Assembly (NCBI GenBank): GCA_965235115.1 | Contig: OZ249436.1 | Location: 55,430,001 to 55,494,000, forward strand | DNA: 64,000 bases | Source: Laetmonice hystrix | Taxonomy: Eukaryota | Direction: 5' to 3' | Shown here: in pieces, positions 51,101 to 62,392 of the stretch | How positions within the stretch are numbered: position 1 is the first letter of the stretch | Layout: each line of letters opens with the position of its first letter | Notes under the pieces: generated by a model | What the model saw: only the letters and a program-made list of their open reading frames with translations | What the model was told of the DNA's origin: nothing | Databases searched by the model: none | Program-made: the position numbers and the translations under genes

Positions 51101-54100
51101 GTGCCTTCAGGCTCTAAAAAAATTGTATACAGGGCGTCTAAAAAAACGAAAGTCTAAAATATCATCATTTTGTGAGAAAATTATACCAACTAGATATAAG
51201 TTACCAAGGCCAAACCCTCCTCTTTAATAAATGGTGTGTCAATTTCCTAAATCCAGTCACCATTGACCGAATTGACACACCATTGGAAAGAGGAGGGTTT
51301 GGCCTATCAGATACACATGGTAACTTAGTATATCTAGTTAGTATCATTTTCCCCACAAAATGATGATATTTTAGGATTTCATTCTTTCGGAGACGTCCTG
51401 TAGAACAAGTTATTTGATTGGTTTCTGAAAACAGAGTTTGACCAATATATAAATAGATCTAGGCCTACTTCACTAGATGGCTGACCCAGCGTCAGGTAGA
51501 AATAGAGGGTGTGTAACCATAGCGACAGCAAAGTTCAATGGACTGTTACTGTTGCAGGTTGTTCTGACGTTAGGCCATGAGTGTGAAGATAACAATAGTG
51601 TAAACATGGGCCGCCGGTCGACGGAAATCTCCATCATCGTATACATCGCAAACCAAGATGGCAGCTACAATAAAACTATGACGGATAAATTTGCTGACGC
51701 CATCGACAACCTAAAAGAATACTCTGGTCCTTTTAAGGGAAAGGTGAGAAGAAGGCAGATATGTAAATTTTGGTATGGTTGCAAGAGTCGTCATCAGACC
51801 CTGAAATTTATTTGGTAAACCTCGGTGCACAGCCATAGATAAAAAACATGGCTCAAGTCGTTATTGCCACCCTGTAGTAAAATCTTCTAGTTAGGAAGTA
51901 TCTCGGCTTGAGTTAGGCCCACTCGGCTATTCCTCGTGCCGGTGTATGATTATGTTTCAACATTAAGTTTACTAGCCACCATGTTTTACAGATCACCGAT
52001 GTGTCCGTGATTGGCAAGGCGTTCGTGGCACCCCGAGGTAAGAAAACCTCGGGTCTAGGTGCCGGAGTTCTAGCTGGAATCGTCATAGCTGCCATTGTCG
52101 TCGCCTGTATCGTTGTCTTCTTTGTCCTTCAAATGGTAACCTTGGCAAACGTCATCAATCAATGCAACAATAAAACATAACGTAAAAAAACACCTATTGA
52201 GAGCCGGGTTTTAATTGGGAACCTACTTAGAAATCTTACATTGTAAACATATTTTAGTTGGTGCAGTAAAACGGGGAATTCTTAAGATGTTTCTGATAGT
52301 TTTTGGGCCCGGTTTTTTTGTTTACTTTTCCACCGTGAGCAGTGAGTGAGTGAGCTGAGCTGAGCAAGGGTGAGCATGAGCTCATTCTCACCGTTTTCGT
52401 GTTTTTTGGGGTTGCTTTTTTCCATGAGGCGTGCTCATGGTGAGCAAGCTCGCGGAAAAACACCCCAAAAAACGAAAACAGTGAGCAAAACAGTGAGCAT
52501 GAGCTTCTGCTCACCCTTGCTCAGCTCAGCTCTCCCTTGCTCACGGTGGAAAAGTAAACAAAAAAACCGGCCCCTGATACTAGCTTAGCCTTTTAAAAGA
52601 AAAGGAGATTCAGTAAAGTCCTATTGCATTACTCCGGCCAATACATCGGCCCCTAAGGCCTAGGCCCCTAATAGAAAGTGTGAACGTTGCTTGGAAGAAC
52701 AAATTTCACGAGGTGCAAATTTCCTGGGGTACACATTTCCTGTAACGTCAATGGTTGTTTCCGACCGGAAGGCGATGCTGGCCCGGAACCGGAATGCCAA
52801 GAAGATGCGCGCTGTGCGAGACGACCCTGCGCGATCATCGGTCGACGTTCACAGTCTGGAGGAGTCCATTCAGATGGCGAACATTGCAAAGATTGGCGAA
52901 AAGTTCGGTTACGTCAACCGAGGCCTCGAGACGGAGGACAAAAAGGCAAGGAAACCACCCATCTTTGAAAAATATAACGCCTGTATTTGATGGCGAAACA
53001 TGACAGACGATTGGTGATGTCCAGGCGCGTGTCCGGGGGGGGGGGGGGGTCCAGGGGGTCCGGACCCCCCCTGCTCCCACAGAGCATAGACTTTTTCTAA
53101 GCATTCCCTCCGTTTTGAACCCGTTCAGCGATTTTTTCTAAGCATTCCCGCCGTTTTGAACCTGTTGGTCGATGAATCTACAAAATATAATGCCCTAAAA
53201 TGGCCCTAAATGGCGGGGAATCGCGTTTCAGAGCTTCTAATTTAAAAAGAAATCTGAGAACCCCCCTGCTGAAAATTCTGGACACGCGCCTGGATGTCAA
53301 CTGAGCCCTTCAGATTCCTAACCATAGCTGTAATATTGGCTGTCAAAGACGAACAGGAGAAATGTTCAAACACATTTTCAGTATAAGAATGCCAAAATTG
53401 AAACATTGAAATGACTAAAGGCCCTTTCGCTTTTTTTTCAATTCTGGTAAAATTGGGATAGAAAACGAGGAAACCTATTTCTGTGCCCCCCACCTAATGA
53501 ATGCTTTTATACCGTATGTGTTCCAGTTGGTCCAATATTGTACTATCTATTTATAAACCAAATCTGTTTCTTAAAATTATCTAGGATTACACGTCTAATC
53601 CCGTCACCTTAGCCGGACTTTGCAGGCTGCTGAGTGACAGCAACACTGAGGAACTGGAGGAAGAATTCCTGGTTAGTATAGATCTACTTTTCTGAACCTA
53701 CAGATTCAGAAATTAGTTATTTATTCCTAACCAGAGACACCATTTACTAATCTATATCTTATACCACGGTTACCATACAGTTAGTTGTGGTCGTTACAGA
53801 TGCTGCCCAACTACATGCCCAAACTAAACGAGGTCCCTGTCGGCAGTGAAGACAAAAACCGTTACGCGAACGTCATCCCAAGTAAGTCATTTAGTCATAT
53901 TCTAGACCCAACACAACAGGTAGAAAATACTTTTATATGAAATTCTGGAAGAAACAGATCCAGTTGGGAGAGGAGTTCCTAAAATTCAATGTGATAAATA
54001 ACGCAAACCCTCCCTCCCTCAATGATCCGCATTTGTTTATGTGTCTTCTCTGCCTTTCTTCCCCTGGGGCCATCTAGTACCAGAGACCAGGGTGCCACTG

Positions 54101-57100
54101 AATGGTCGGGCCTCTAACCACTATAGCAACTACATTAACGCCAACTACGTGCGGGTAGGTCAGATACGACATGTATTACTAATGTCAGAGAGTTAAATAA
54201 GGCCAGAACTATTCAGCAGCAGAACAAAACACTATCAGTGGGACTATCAGTGTTGTACGTCAACTGCTTGGATGGCATAATAAAACATAGACGGAGTATC
54301 GTCCCCCGTGTAGGCACGGACAGCGTTAACGCGAAAAACCCTACCTCCTATGTCAATCACTCGCTGTGCAAAATCCATCGTAACTAGGCCTACTGCCAGT
54401 TGAGGTGTCAATTCTAACGCAGCCCATCTTCTGTTCCTCTGCTGCACACTTTTCCGGGGATTTTTGCCCAAAGTTTTAATAAATCAGACTTTCGAAATTC
54501 CGAATCGCGCTGGTTCACTGCCGTTAGCCGCCATACTGTTTGTTCTACTGCGCATGTTCAAAACATGCGCACTGGCGACCAGCAGGGGAGCATTCATTAT
54601 TCTAGACCAAACAGCAATTCCTCCATTATGGCGCCATACTAATAGCCAACGTCTGAAATGACTGCTCCCTTCGTAAGCTTGACCCCGGATGTGGGTTTAG
54701 AAAAATGGCGCCGGTTGTAAGACTATGGAAAGTGGTCGCTTGGTTTGGAAAATGGGCCGAATCTGTTGCTCAGAGGAACACCAAGTAAGTTCATTGGGCT
54801 CAGTAGCTGAAGGTAAAGGCAATCTTTTATTTGAAGTGATGGAAGAGGTGCGATGGCGACATTCATTCTGCGGGTTGAACGTTTGTTCTCGTAGCCGTTC
54901 GCGAGACGATAGGCCGTACACACGGCCTATGTGAAAGGCTAAATAAAACAGTACTTCTCATGGAATATATTTCTAATCACGTAACATAGTGAAATTCCTC
55001 AATAATTCACAGAAATATGAGGTGTCCACGTACAGGGTTAGAGAAGGCAGATATGATATCCAGAAAAATACAAAATACACAATTACAGAGGAAGAGTGGC
55101 CACTCTCTGCTCTATATCCAAAACAATAAGCGATGACCACTTGCAGGGTTATAGAGGCCGGTCGAGAGTGTACATCGCCACCCAGGCCCCAATGGCCAAC
55201 ACAAGGGCCGACTTCTGGCACATGGTGTGGACCCAACAGTCGCAGGTCATCATTATGATTACAGCTCTCCAGGAGCATGGCCAGGTAAGTGTCGACCTCA
55301 AAATGTTTGACAGAATAAAGTTATAAAACAAATTCAAAAGGTCAGTTTTACCAGGTGAGGGTAGATAACTAACCGGGACTACAACCTAATAATTTATCAT
55401 GTAAATCAAGATGAATAGAATGCGAAATCATGAAACTAATATAGATACCAACAAATATACTAGACTCAGGTCCACAGAAATATTAAACTCTTCTATTCAC
55501 TTATCATAATTATACAGATGAATTATTTTGAATTTGTGAAATTACTGTTTCCAGGTGAAATGCGCGGAATATTGGCCGAATACCGAGGGACCAGACACTG
55601 TACGAATATATGGCGACTACAATGTTCAGTTGAAGGCCAGAGACGTGCACCCTGATTGGACCGTCTCGGCGCTGGCCTTGAAAAACATGGAGGTCAGCCT
55701 CGTTTTGATCACAAACGGGACTTGGGATTAAGATACTATTGTTAGAATATGACCCTCGTAATGAGAAATATAATCAAATATCTTAACTATTAATTTTGTC
55801 AATGAATCTGTACTGACTAGATCTGATATTGACAACCTAAGCATGGCAAGAGGTGGCTTTTATCTGGTATCCGTTCAGGGTCACATTTGTTTGACCTCTC
55901 TGCCTCTGGCTCTCTGCAGACAAACCTAACTCGGGAGGTACACCACTTCCACCTGACGGGTTGGCCTCCTCACGGCGTGCCCGACCACCCGGCCGTCGTC
56001 CTCCGCCACCTGCATGCCGTGCGGCCCTTCATGATGGATTCCCACGGCCCAACTGTCGTCCACTGCAGGTGAGCGATCCGCACCAACTCGCCATCTAACT
56101 TAAACACATAAAGGGGATATGTAGACGTGCTCACATCATGAACCACCTAGTGGTTACTTAGAGAACTATTATGAAACTATTGTCTGTGTCTTAGAGACAG
56201 CAGGAAACCTGCCAGCATTGCGGTTTTAGTAAGTTTCACCACAGTCAAGGTTCGCTTCAAGGCAAGATAATATTCAACAACACACAGGAATCTGTGAAAA
56301 ACGATGCATCTTCCTAGTCACTAGAGGGCGCCACCTAGACGTCTGGGACAGGTTAACGATAGAGGAAGTCTAGACGGTGCCCCTTCATTAAGATTCTGAG
56401 GTCGGTTTTTCGGCCAACCCTATTGTTGCACATCAGGTTCAGAGGCCGGAAAAATCTGTATAGGTGCTGCCATCTATAACTAGAAATTGTTCAGTCCGAA
56501 CAGGACGTCTCCCCTTTTTTAAAGTAATGACATCATATAATTTTTGAGAGAGGACTAATTAGTATGAAAGTAGTGTGTTGCAAAAGCAATGATATAGCTA
56601 TGGCAGATTTTCTATGCGAAAGAAAAGATTAACTAGTTGCGAGGTGCCCAGGGCACAGGTATCCCATTCACCAGTCAATGGTGTTAAAATCTAAAATTAG
56701 GTCAAATTGGCCGCCATCTTGGATTCTTCAAATTCTGTTCAAGTTTTCCATCCTAAACCCAATGGTGAAAACCAGACGTTGATATCTTTAACTGTTTTAG
56801 AGATATCACTGATTTTAGGTTGAAAATGACCTAAAAGGGCCAACTTTGAAGAGCCATAATTTGGAAACTATTGATTTTAGGGGAGCCATCTCGGTGTCAG
56901 AGACAGTTGACCCATTACCCAATCCAATGGTTTTAAAATCGGAAATTAGGTCAACTTGGCCGCCATCTTGGATTTTTCAAATTCAGTTTAAATGGGTCAA
57001 GTTTTCCATCCTAACCCCAATGGTGAAAACCAGACGTTGATATCTTTAACCGTTTTAGAGATATCACTGATTTTTGGTTGAAAATGACCTAAAAGGGCCA

Positions 57101-60100
57101 ACTTTGAAGAGCCATAACTTGGAAACTATTGATTTTAGGGGAGCCATCTCGGTGTCAGAGACAGCTGACCTATTACCCAATCCAATGGTGTTAAAATCGG
57201 AAATTAGGTCAACTTGGCCGCCATCTTGGATTTTTCAAATTCAGGGAAAATGGCTCAAGGTTTTCATCCCAAACCCAATGGTCAAAACCAGACATTGATA
57301 TCTTTAACCGTTTTCGAGGTATCACTGATGTTTGGTTGAAAATAACCTAAAAGGGCCAACTTTGAGGGGCCATAAGATGGAAACTATCGAATTTAGGGGA
57401 GCCATCTCGGTGTCAGAGATAGTGGACCTATTACCCAATCCAATGGTGCTGAAATTGGAAATTAGGTCAACTTGGCCGCCATCTTGGATTTTTCAAATTC
57501 GCTGAGGATGGGTCAAGTTTTTTATGCTAAACCCAAAGGTGAAACCCAGACATTGATATCTTTAACCGTTTTCGAGATATCACTGATCTTTGGTTGAAAA
57601 TTACCTAAAAAGGGTCATTAAGCCAGATGGGGTCACGTGACAGCATTTAAATTGACGTAAATTGAAAACTCATATATGATTTTCCATATGAGTTTAATAG
57701 GAACCATGGACCCATCTGGCTCTGTTTCTAAGTTACAGCCATCTTAAAATACCAATGACGTCATAGGGCAACGTAGGGTCACGTGACCTAACTAAAAATG
57801 GTGTCATTTGAAAGGCCATATATGACTTCCTATGGGTATCACTAGTACGTATGGGCCTATCTGGCTCTTTTTCCAAGTTACTGCCAGCTGAAAACACTGA
57901 TGACGTCATACAGCCATATATGGTCACATGACCTAATTAAAAATGGTGTCATTTGAAAGGCCATATATGACTTCCTATCTGTCTTCAATAGTAACTATGG
58001 GCCTATCTGGCTCTATTTCCAAGTTACTGCTAATTGAAAATACTGATAACGTCATAGAGTCACGTAGGGTCACGTGACCTAATTAAAAATGGTGTCATTT
58101 TAAAGGCCATATATGACTTCCTATCTGTCTACAATAGTAACTATGGGCCTATCTGGCTCTGTTTCCAAGTTATTGCTAATTGAAAATACCGATGATGTCA
58201 TAGAGTCACGTAGGGTCACGTGACCTAATTAAAAATTGTGTCATTTTAAAGGCCATAATGACTTCCTATCTGTCTTCAATAGTAACTATGGGCCTATCTG
58301 GCTCTATTTCCAAGTTACTGCTAATTGAAAATACTGATGACGTCATAGAGTCACGTAGGGTCACGTGACCTAAATGAAAATGGTGTCATTTTAAAGGCCA
58401 TATATGACTCCTATCTGTCTTCAATAGTAACTATGGGCCTATCTGGCTCTATTGCCAAGTTACTGCTAGCTGAAAATACCGATGACGATAAGGTATGTAT
58501 GTATGTGGGTAGGGGTGTGGGTGTGTGTGTGCGATGTGCTGGCTGTGGTAAAGGAGTTGGTGGTTGTTGGTGGAGCGTGGAAGTGTTATGTAACTCAGTT
58601 GTGGGATCTGCGGTGGTGGGGTATGGAAATACCGGCGACGACATGCGAGATGCGAGAAGCGACATGGAACCGAACACTGCCAATTTAGCACATAGAATGT
58701 TTCTTATTGACACCGACATCACGATCCACTGCTCAATTAGTGCCTATTTAACAATAATTTTGGGGCTAAAGTGAAAACTAACACTAACCGTAGGCCTAAC
58801 CTTTACCCTAACCCAAACACACTGTCTCGCATCTCGCATGTCGTCGCCGGTATTCCATAGGTGGGGGACGGGCGGCCGGCCCGTGTAGGGGTTTGGGGGG
58901 GGGGGGGGGGGGGGGGGGGAGTTACCACGGCTGAGAAGGACGCCTGACTGGGGATTGGCGGGAGTTGAGAACGGCTGAGAACAGGCGCACAGGCCAGTGA
59001 CTGGGAGCGGGCCCGCTGGAGAATTTTTTTTCCCACGCTAGTTCTGGATACTCATTAGCATACAGCCAATCAGAAACAAGTTGTTTACGCGCTGTGTAAG
59101 ACGCATAAGTCGGAAACTATTAACTGTAGAGAAAAACACTTAATGTAGCGGTTGTAGACAAAGACCTGGAGATTCTTCTCCACCAAGTTTCATAAAGATA
59201 CGGTCAGGGGTTTGGGATATATAAAAGGCTTCTCTAAGGTTGGCACGGTACTGAGGTCAAAGGTCATGAAGTGCTAAAAATAGCAAAATCCCGAGAAAAT
59301 ATCCACAGTTGTCTTTTCCCCAAATTAGGACTTTCTAGCCCCGGTAGTTTTTGAGCTGACGTCAAGTAAGCGCCCAACCACTTCGAAAATGTTGAAGGTC
59401 ACACAGAGGTCATCTGGGGTCACAGGAACGTGTCCTCCGGAAAATCTAAATTTGGCACATAGATGACCCTGCTGACCAAATTTGATGTTATTCCAGCCAG
59501 TATTTTCCGAGTTATGGCTTTGGCAATCACCAGTCAATGGTGTTAAAATCTAAAATTAGGTCAAATTGGCCGCCATCTTGGATTCTTCAAATTCTGTTCA
59601 AGTTTTCCATCCTAAACCCAATGGTGAAAACCAGACGTTGATATCTTTAACTGTTTTAGAGATATCACTGATTTTAGGTTGAAAATGACCTAAAAGGGCC
59701 AACTTTGAAGAGCCATAATTTGGAAACTATTGATTTTAGGGGAGCCATCTCGGTGTCAGAGACAGTTGACCCATTACCCAATCCAATGGTTTTAAAATCG
59801 GAAATTAGGTCAACTTGGCCGCCATCTTGGATTTTTCAAATTCAGTTTAAATGGGTCAAGTTTTCCATCCTAACCCCAATGGTGAAAACCAGACGTTGAT
59901 ATCTTTAACCGTTTTAGAGATATCACTGATTTTTGGTTGAAAATGACCTAAAAGGGCCAACTTTGAAGAGCCATAACTTGGAAACTATTGATTTTAGGGG
60001 AGCCATCTCGGTGTCAGAGACAGCTGACCTATTACCCAATCCAATGGTGTTAAAATCGGAAATTAGGTCAACTTGGCCGCCATCTTGGATTTTTCAAATT

Positions 60101-60712
60101 CAGGGAAAATGGCTCAAGGTTTTCATCCCAAACCCAATGGTCAAAACCAGACATTGATATCTTTAACCGTTTTCGAGGTATCACTGATGTTTGGTTGAAA
60201 ATAACCTAAAAGGGCCAACTTTGAGGGGCCATAAGATGGAAACTATCGAATTTAGGGGAGCCATCTCGGTGTCAGAGATAGTGGACCTATTACCCAATCC
60301 AATGGTGCTGAAATTGGAAATTAGGTCAACTTGGCCGCCATCTTGGATTTTTCAAATTCGCTTAATTATGGCTTAATTATGGCTTTGGCAAAAAAATGGC
60401 ACGTGCCATTTTTTTAGATCAGCCGCCATCTTGAAAGTTCTGGGTCAACCAAACTGGTTTTCGAACTTGTCCAAGCCCCGGATGAAAGAAGGCCGACATA
60501 CCAATTTTGGATCGATTCAGGCTATTTTTCTCGCGTTATCGTGATCACAGCACAAGTTGGCACATTCGTGCCACAGAAGAGGTCAAAGGTCAAATGGCAC
60601 TATAAGTAGAAACAAAGATTTTTCAGAAGGTTCTGTCGGGCCATTTCAAATTTGATAACTCCCTCTCTAACAGTGGCCGAGTTATTCCAAAAAGAAGAAA
60701 ATAAAAGAAACA

Positions 60713-60759
<47 letters not shown>

Positions 60760-62392
60760 CGGTCAGAAACAGCGTGCAAAACAAAACGTCTCCCCCAGCT
60801 GGGGGGAGACGTAATTATGATGGAAATCATGCGTCTGCACTTTACCATAGCAACCATTAACATTCTTAGAAATCGTTTAGAAATCATAAGCTACGAATGG
60901 AAAATATTAGAAAAAACACACATTATGGCTCTGAACCTAAAGTGGTTAAAAGCAGGGAGCCACTAGAGGAATTTGTGATGTTTGCCATGTTGCCAGGTGA
61001 GTTTCATATGATAAAAAGACCTTTTCTTTTAACATTTCAAGCAATTAAATTTCAAGATCTCAAAAACTTGCATGTATGTCACTCTGTTGGGTTTGCGGCT
61101 TTCTGAAGATTTAAAGATCTGGAACTGATGGTCCCGTACTCCCAGTTAATATGGGTGATGTAATAAAGGATGAACTATTTTTACGGAAAGATCGTTGGCA
61201 AAGGGACGGCTTTCTATATAATTTCATTGAACCGAAACAGAAACTAAATTCCCAAAGGACCAAAGCGGCAAATCAGGAAACCAATGTACATGTAGTAACA
61301 AAAATAATGCAGTATGGACGCTATAATTTTTACTCCGAGAACTTCAGTACAACTGACCCGACATTACGGTAACCGAATCAATGCAGTATGCACGATGGAA
61401 AAACACTTAATGTAGCGGGGTCCGGTTCACCCGTGTCAACCGACCGCTCCCCAACATCAGCGCCGCCTTCCCCAATGATAAACCCCTTGGGGATCAGGGG
61501 TAAGAATGATCCTCAGATCAACCCCTGGCTGTTCGTAAAAGGCGACAAATGGGGCGAGGGCTGGTGTGGGGAAGTGGTCGAGTGTCGGACTGCAAAAATC
61601 CTCTGCGTGGCACAGATGGATTTCCATCCTTCCAGTACCATTTTTCTCTCTGGCCCTCCCCAGTGCTCCGTAACTGGGTCATCAAAGGTCACCAGCCGTG
61701 TCTGTGCGACTGGGCATATAAAGGAGTAGGGAGTGGCCTTCCGGTGGCAGGGTGCTTTCTCACTTCATCATCATCATCACTGGGACTTGGGAGTAAAATA
61801 GGTCCCTTGACTGAATTAAATGGGCCCTAGATATATCCTTGAGTATGACTGAAATACTGTCGACAGGGCGTAAAACCTCCAATTCACTCGCTCACACCCC
61901 TATGAAAAAGCATGTTTACAAGCAGATTTTTTATGTAATGGCGGAGATCTGTTGAACAGTTTGACCAATGTTGTACGTTTGGATGTTAACAGCCCGGGAA
62001 CAGGCCGTACAGGTACGGTTCTAGCCATACACATAGGAATGATGAGTTATGACCTCACCCGGACGGTCGATGTCCTCCAATGTGCGCGCCAGCTACGGGA
62101 GGACCGTGGAGGAGCCATCCAGACCAGGGAACAGTATATCTTCATATACAGGGTGGGTCTTTATAATTCTGTGACCATTTTCACCTGATAACCTGGACAT
62201 TTTACCTTACCCTCATAATTAGAATAACTTTTCCTCCAGTTGACTGTCATTTTAATAAAACAGAACTCCCCATGATGAAGTGTGTCCACCTTCTCATTTC
62301 AGGCGCTTTTGGAGCACGCCATGAGGCTGGCCAGTCCGTCCATGGCGTCATGGGCCACGTTATCGTCTGATTCGGTCAGAGACGCTACGTAA
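48108..62392 (+). CDS. Receptor-type protein tyrosine phosphatase-like protein (single PTP domain, PTPRR/R7-like features, probable pseudophosphatase), ~1197 aa
   Basis: Manual splice: join(48108..48180,48588..50509,50663..50836,51558..51743,51992..52135,52772..52945,53585..53671,53800..53881,54078..54154,55147..55284,55555..55692,55920..56068,61993..62152,62303..62392). Phases consistent. Motifs: KNRY, YINANY, YIATQAP, DFWHMVW, IIMIT, KCAEYWP, GWPPHGVP, VHCSPGTGRTG, QLREDRGG, QTREQY. An alternative in-frame ATG lies at 48009. Confidence 0.92.
48588..50509 (+). CDS. PTP gene giant exon, Ser/Thr/Pro-rich mucin-like ectodomain (~640 aa)
   Basis: Lies in ORF 48572..50599; tttag acceptor at 48587; phase-0 donor ACG|gttcgt at 50510 chosen to match the next exon. 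Confidence 0.85.
50663..50836 (+). CDS. PTP gene exon (SEA-like module, N part)
   Basis: atcag|AITMPTTIRPLLKPPELHIRIALRMAWTDFC...RKYY|gtaagg. Confidence 0.82.
51130..51400. mobile_element. Tc1/mariner-type MITE with TA TSD
   Basis: TA|CAGGGCGTCT..ctaaaatatcatcattttgtg / cacaaaatgatgatattttag..AGACGTCCTG|TA. Confidence 0.8.
51558..51743 (+). CDS. PTP gene exon (SEA-like module, C part)
   Basis: ttgcag|VVLTLGHEC...EISIIVYIANQDG...PFKGK|gtgaga. Confidence 0.82.
51992..52135 (+). CDS. PTP gene exon (transmembrane helix)
   Basis: ttacag|ITDVSVIG...LGAGVLAGIVIAAIVVACIVVFFVLQM|gtaacc. Confidence 0.88.
52305..52574. mobile_element. Long-TIR MITE (GGGCCCGGTTT termini)
   Basis: [39 protein letters not shown] / GCTCACGGTGGAAAAGTAAACAAAAAAACCGGCCCC. 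Confidence 0.82.
52772..52945 (+). CDS. PTP gene exon (juxtamembrane)
   Basis: gaag|AMLARNRNAKKMRAVRDD...FGYVNRGLETEDKK|gcaagg; basic stop-transfer residues; AAG acceptor and GC donor inferred from phase. Confidence 0.68.
53022..53292. mobile_element. MITE with 6-bp TSD
   Basis: TIR CAGGCGCGTGTCC / GGACACGCGCCTG, flanked by GATGTC on both sides. Confidence 0.82.
53585..53671 (+). CDS. PTP gene exon
   Basis: ctag|DYTSNPVTLAGLCRLLSDSNTEELEEEFL|gttagt. Confidence 0.85.
53800..53881 (+). CDS. PTP gene exon (KNRY)
   Basis: ttacag|MLPNYMPKLNEVPVGSEDKNRYANVIP|gtaagt. Confidence 0.92.
54078..54154 (+). CDS. PTP gene exon (YINANY)
   Basis: ctag|(I)PETRVPLNGRASNHYSNYINANYVR|gtaggt. Confidence 0.92.
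55147..55284 (+). CDS. PTP gene exon
   Basis: ttgcag|GYRGRSRVYIATQAPMANTRADFWHMVWTQQSQVIIMITALQEHGQ|gtaagt. Confidence 0.94.
55555..55692 (+). CDS. PTP gene exon
   Basis: ttccag|VKCAEYWPNTEGPDTVRIYGDYNVQL...LKNME|gtcagc. Confidence 0.93.
55920..56068 (+). CDS. PTP gene exon (WPD-equivalent loop and HC)
   Basis: ctgcag|TNLTREVHHFHLTGWPPHGVPDHPAVVLRHLHAVRPFMMDSHGPTVVHC(S)|gtgagc. Confidence 0.94.
56478..60815 (-). mobile_element. Non-autonomous Helentron/DINE-1-like (HINE) composite element in a PTP intron
   Basis: Hairpin ACGTCTCCCCC-agct-GGGGGGAGACGT (60786-60812); (GAAA)n at ~60710-60750; internal ~258-nt and ~146-nt tandem repeats; matching subTIR ACGTCTCCCC (56505-56514); palindrome TGTTC..GAACA; terminal AACTAG. 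Confidence 0.78.
58625..58856. mobile_element. MITE nested in the HINE element
   Basis: TIR ATACCGGCGACGACATGCGAGATGCGAGA / TCTCGCATCTCGCATGTCGTCGCCGGTAT. Confidence 0.78.
61489..61897 (+). mobile_element. Probable SINE
   Basis: Core (atcaaagg..tgtgtctgtgcga..gcatataaa..gtaggg) resembles the reverse complement of 25930-26030; ends in ggcgtaaaacctcc followed by a (ctca)-like tail. Confidence 0.5.
61993..62152 (+). CDS. PTP gene exon (P-loop remainder, Q loop)
   Basis: aacag|PGTGRTGTVLAIHIG...VDVLQCARQLREDRGGAIQTREQYIFIYR|gtgggt. Confidence 0.94.
62303..62392 (+). CDS. PTP gene last coding exon
   Basis: tttcag|ALLEHAMRLASPSMASWATLSSDSVRDAT* (TAA 62390-62392). Confidence 0.88.
   Translation, partial: ALLEHAMRLASPSMASWATLSSDSVRDAT

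Noticed and set aside
52136..52771. Possible U12-type intron (GTAACCTT donor, TTCCTGTAAC near the 3' end)
   Set aside because: The donor deviates from the near-invariant GTATCCTT and the branch motif needs an insertion; a U2 intron is sufficient.
56846..60376. Repeated short ORFs (MKSHNLETIDFRG...)
   Set aside because: Translations of ~258-nt internal repeats of a non-autonomous element, with no protein motifs.
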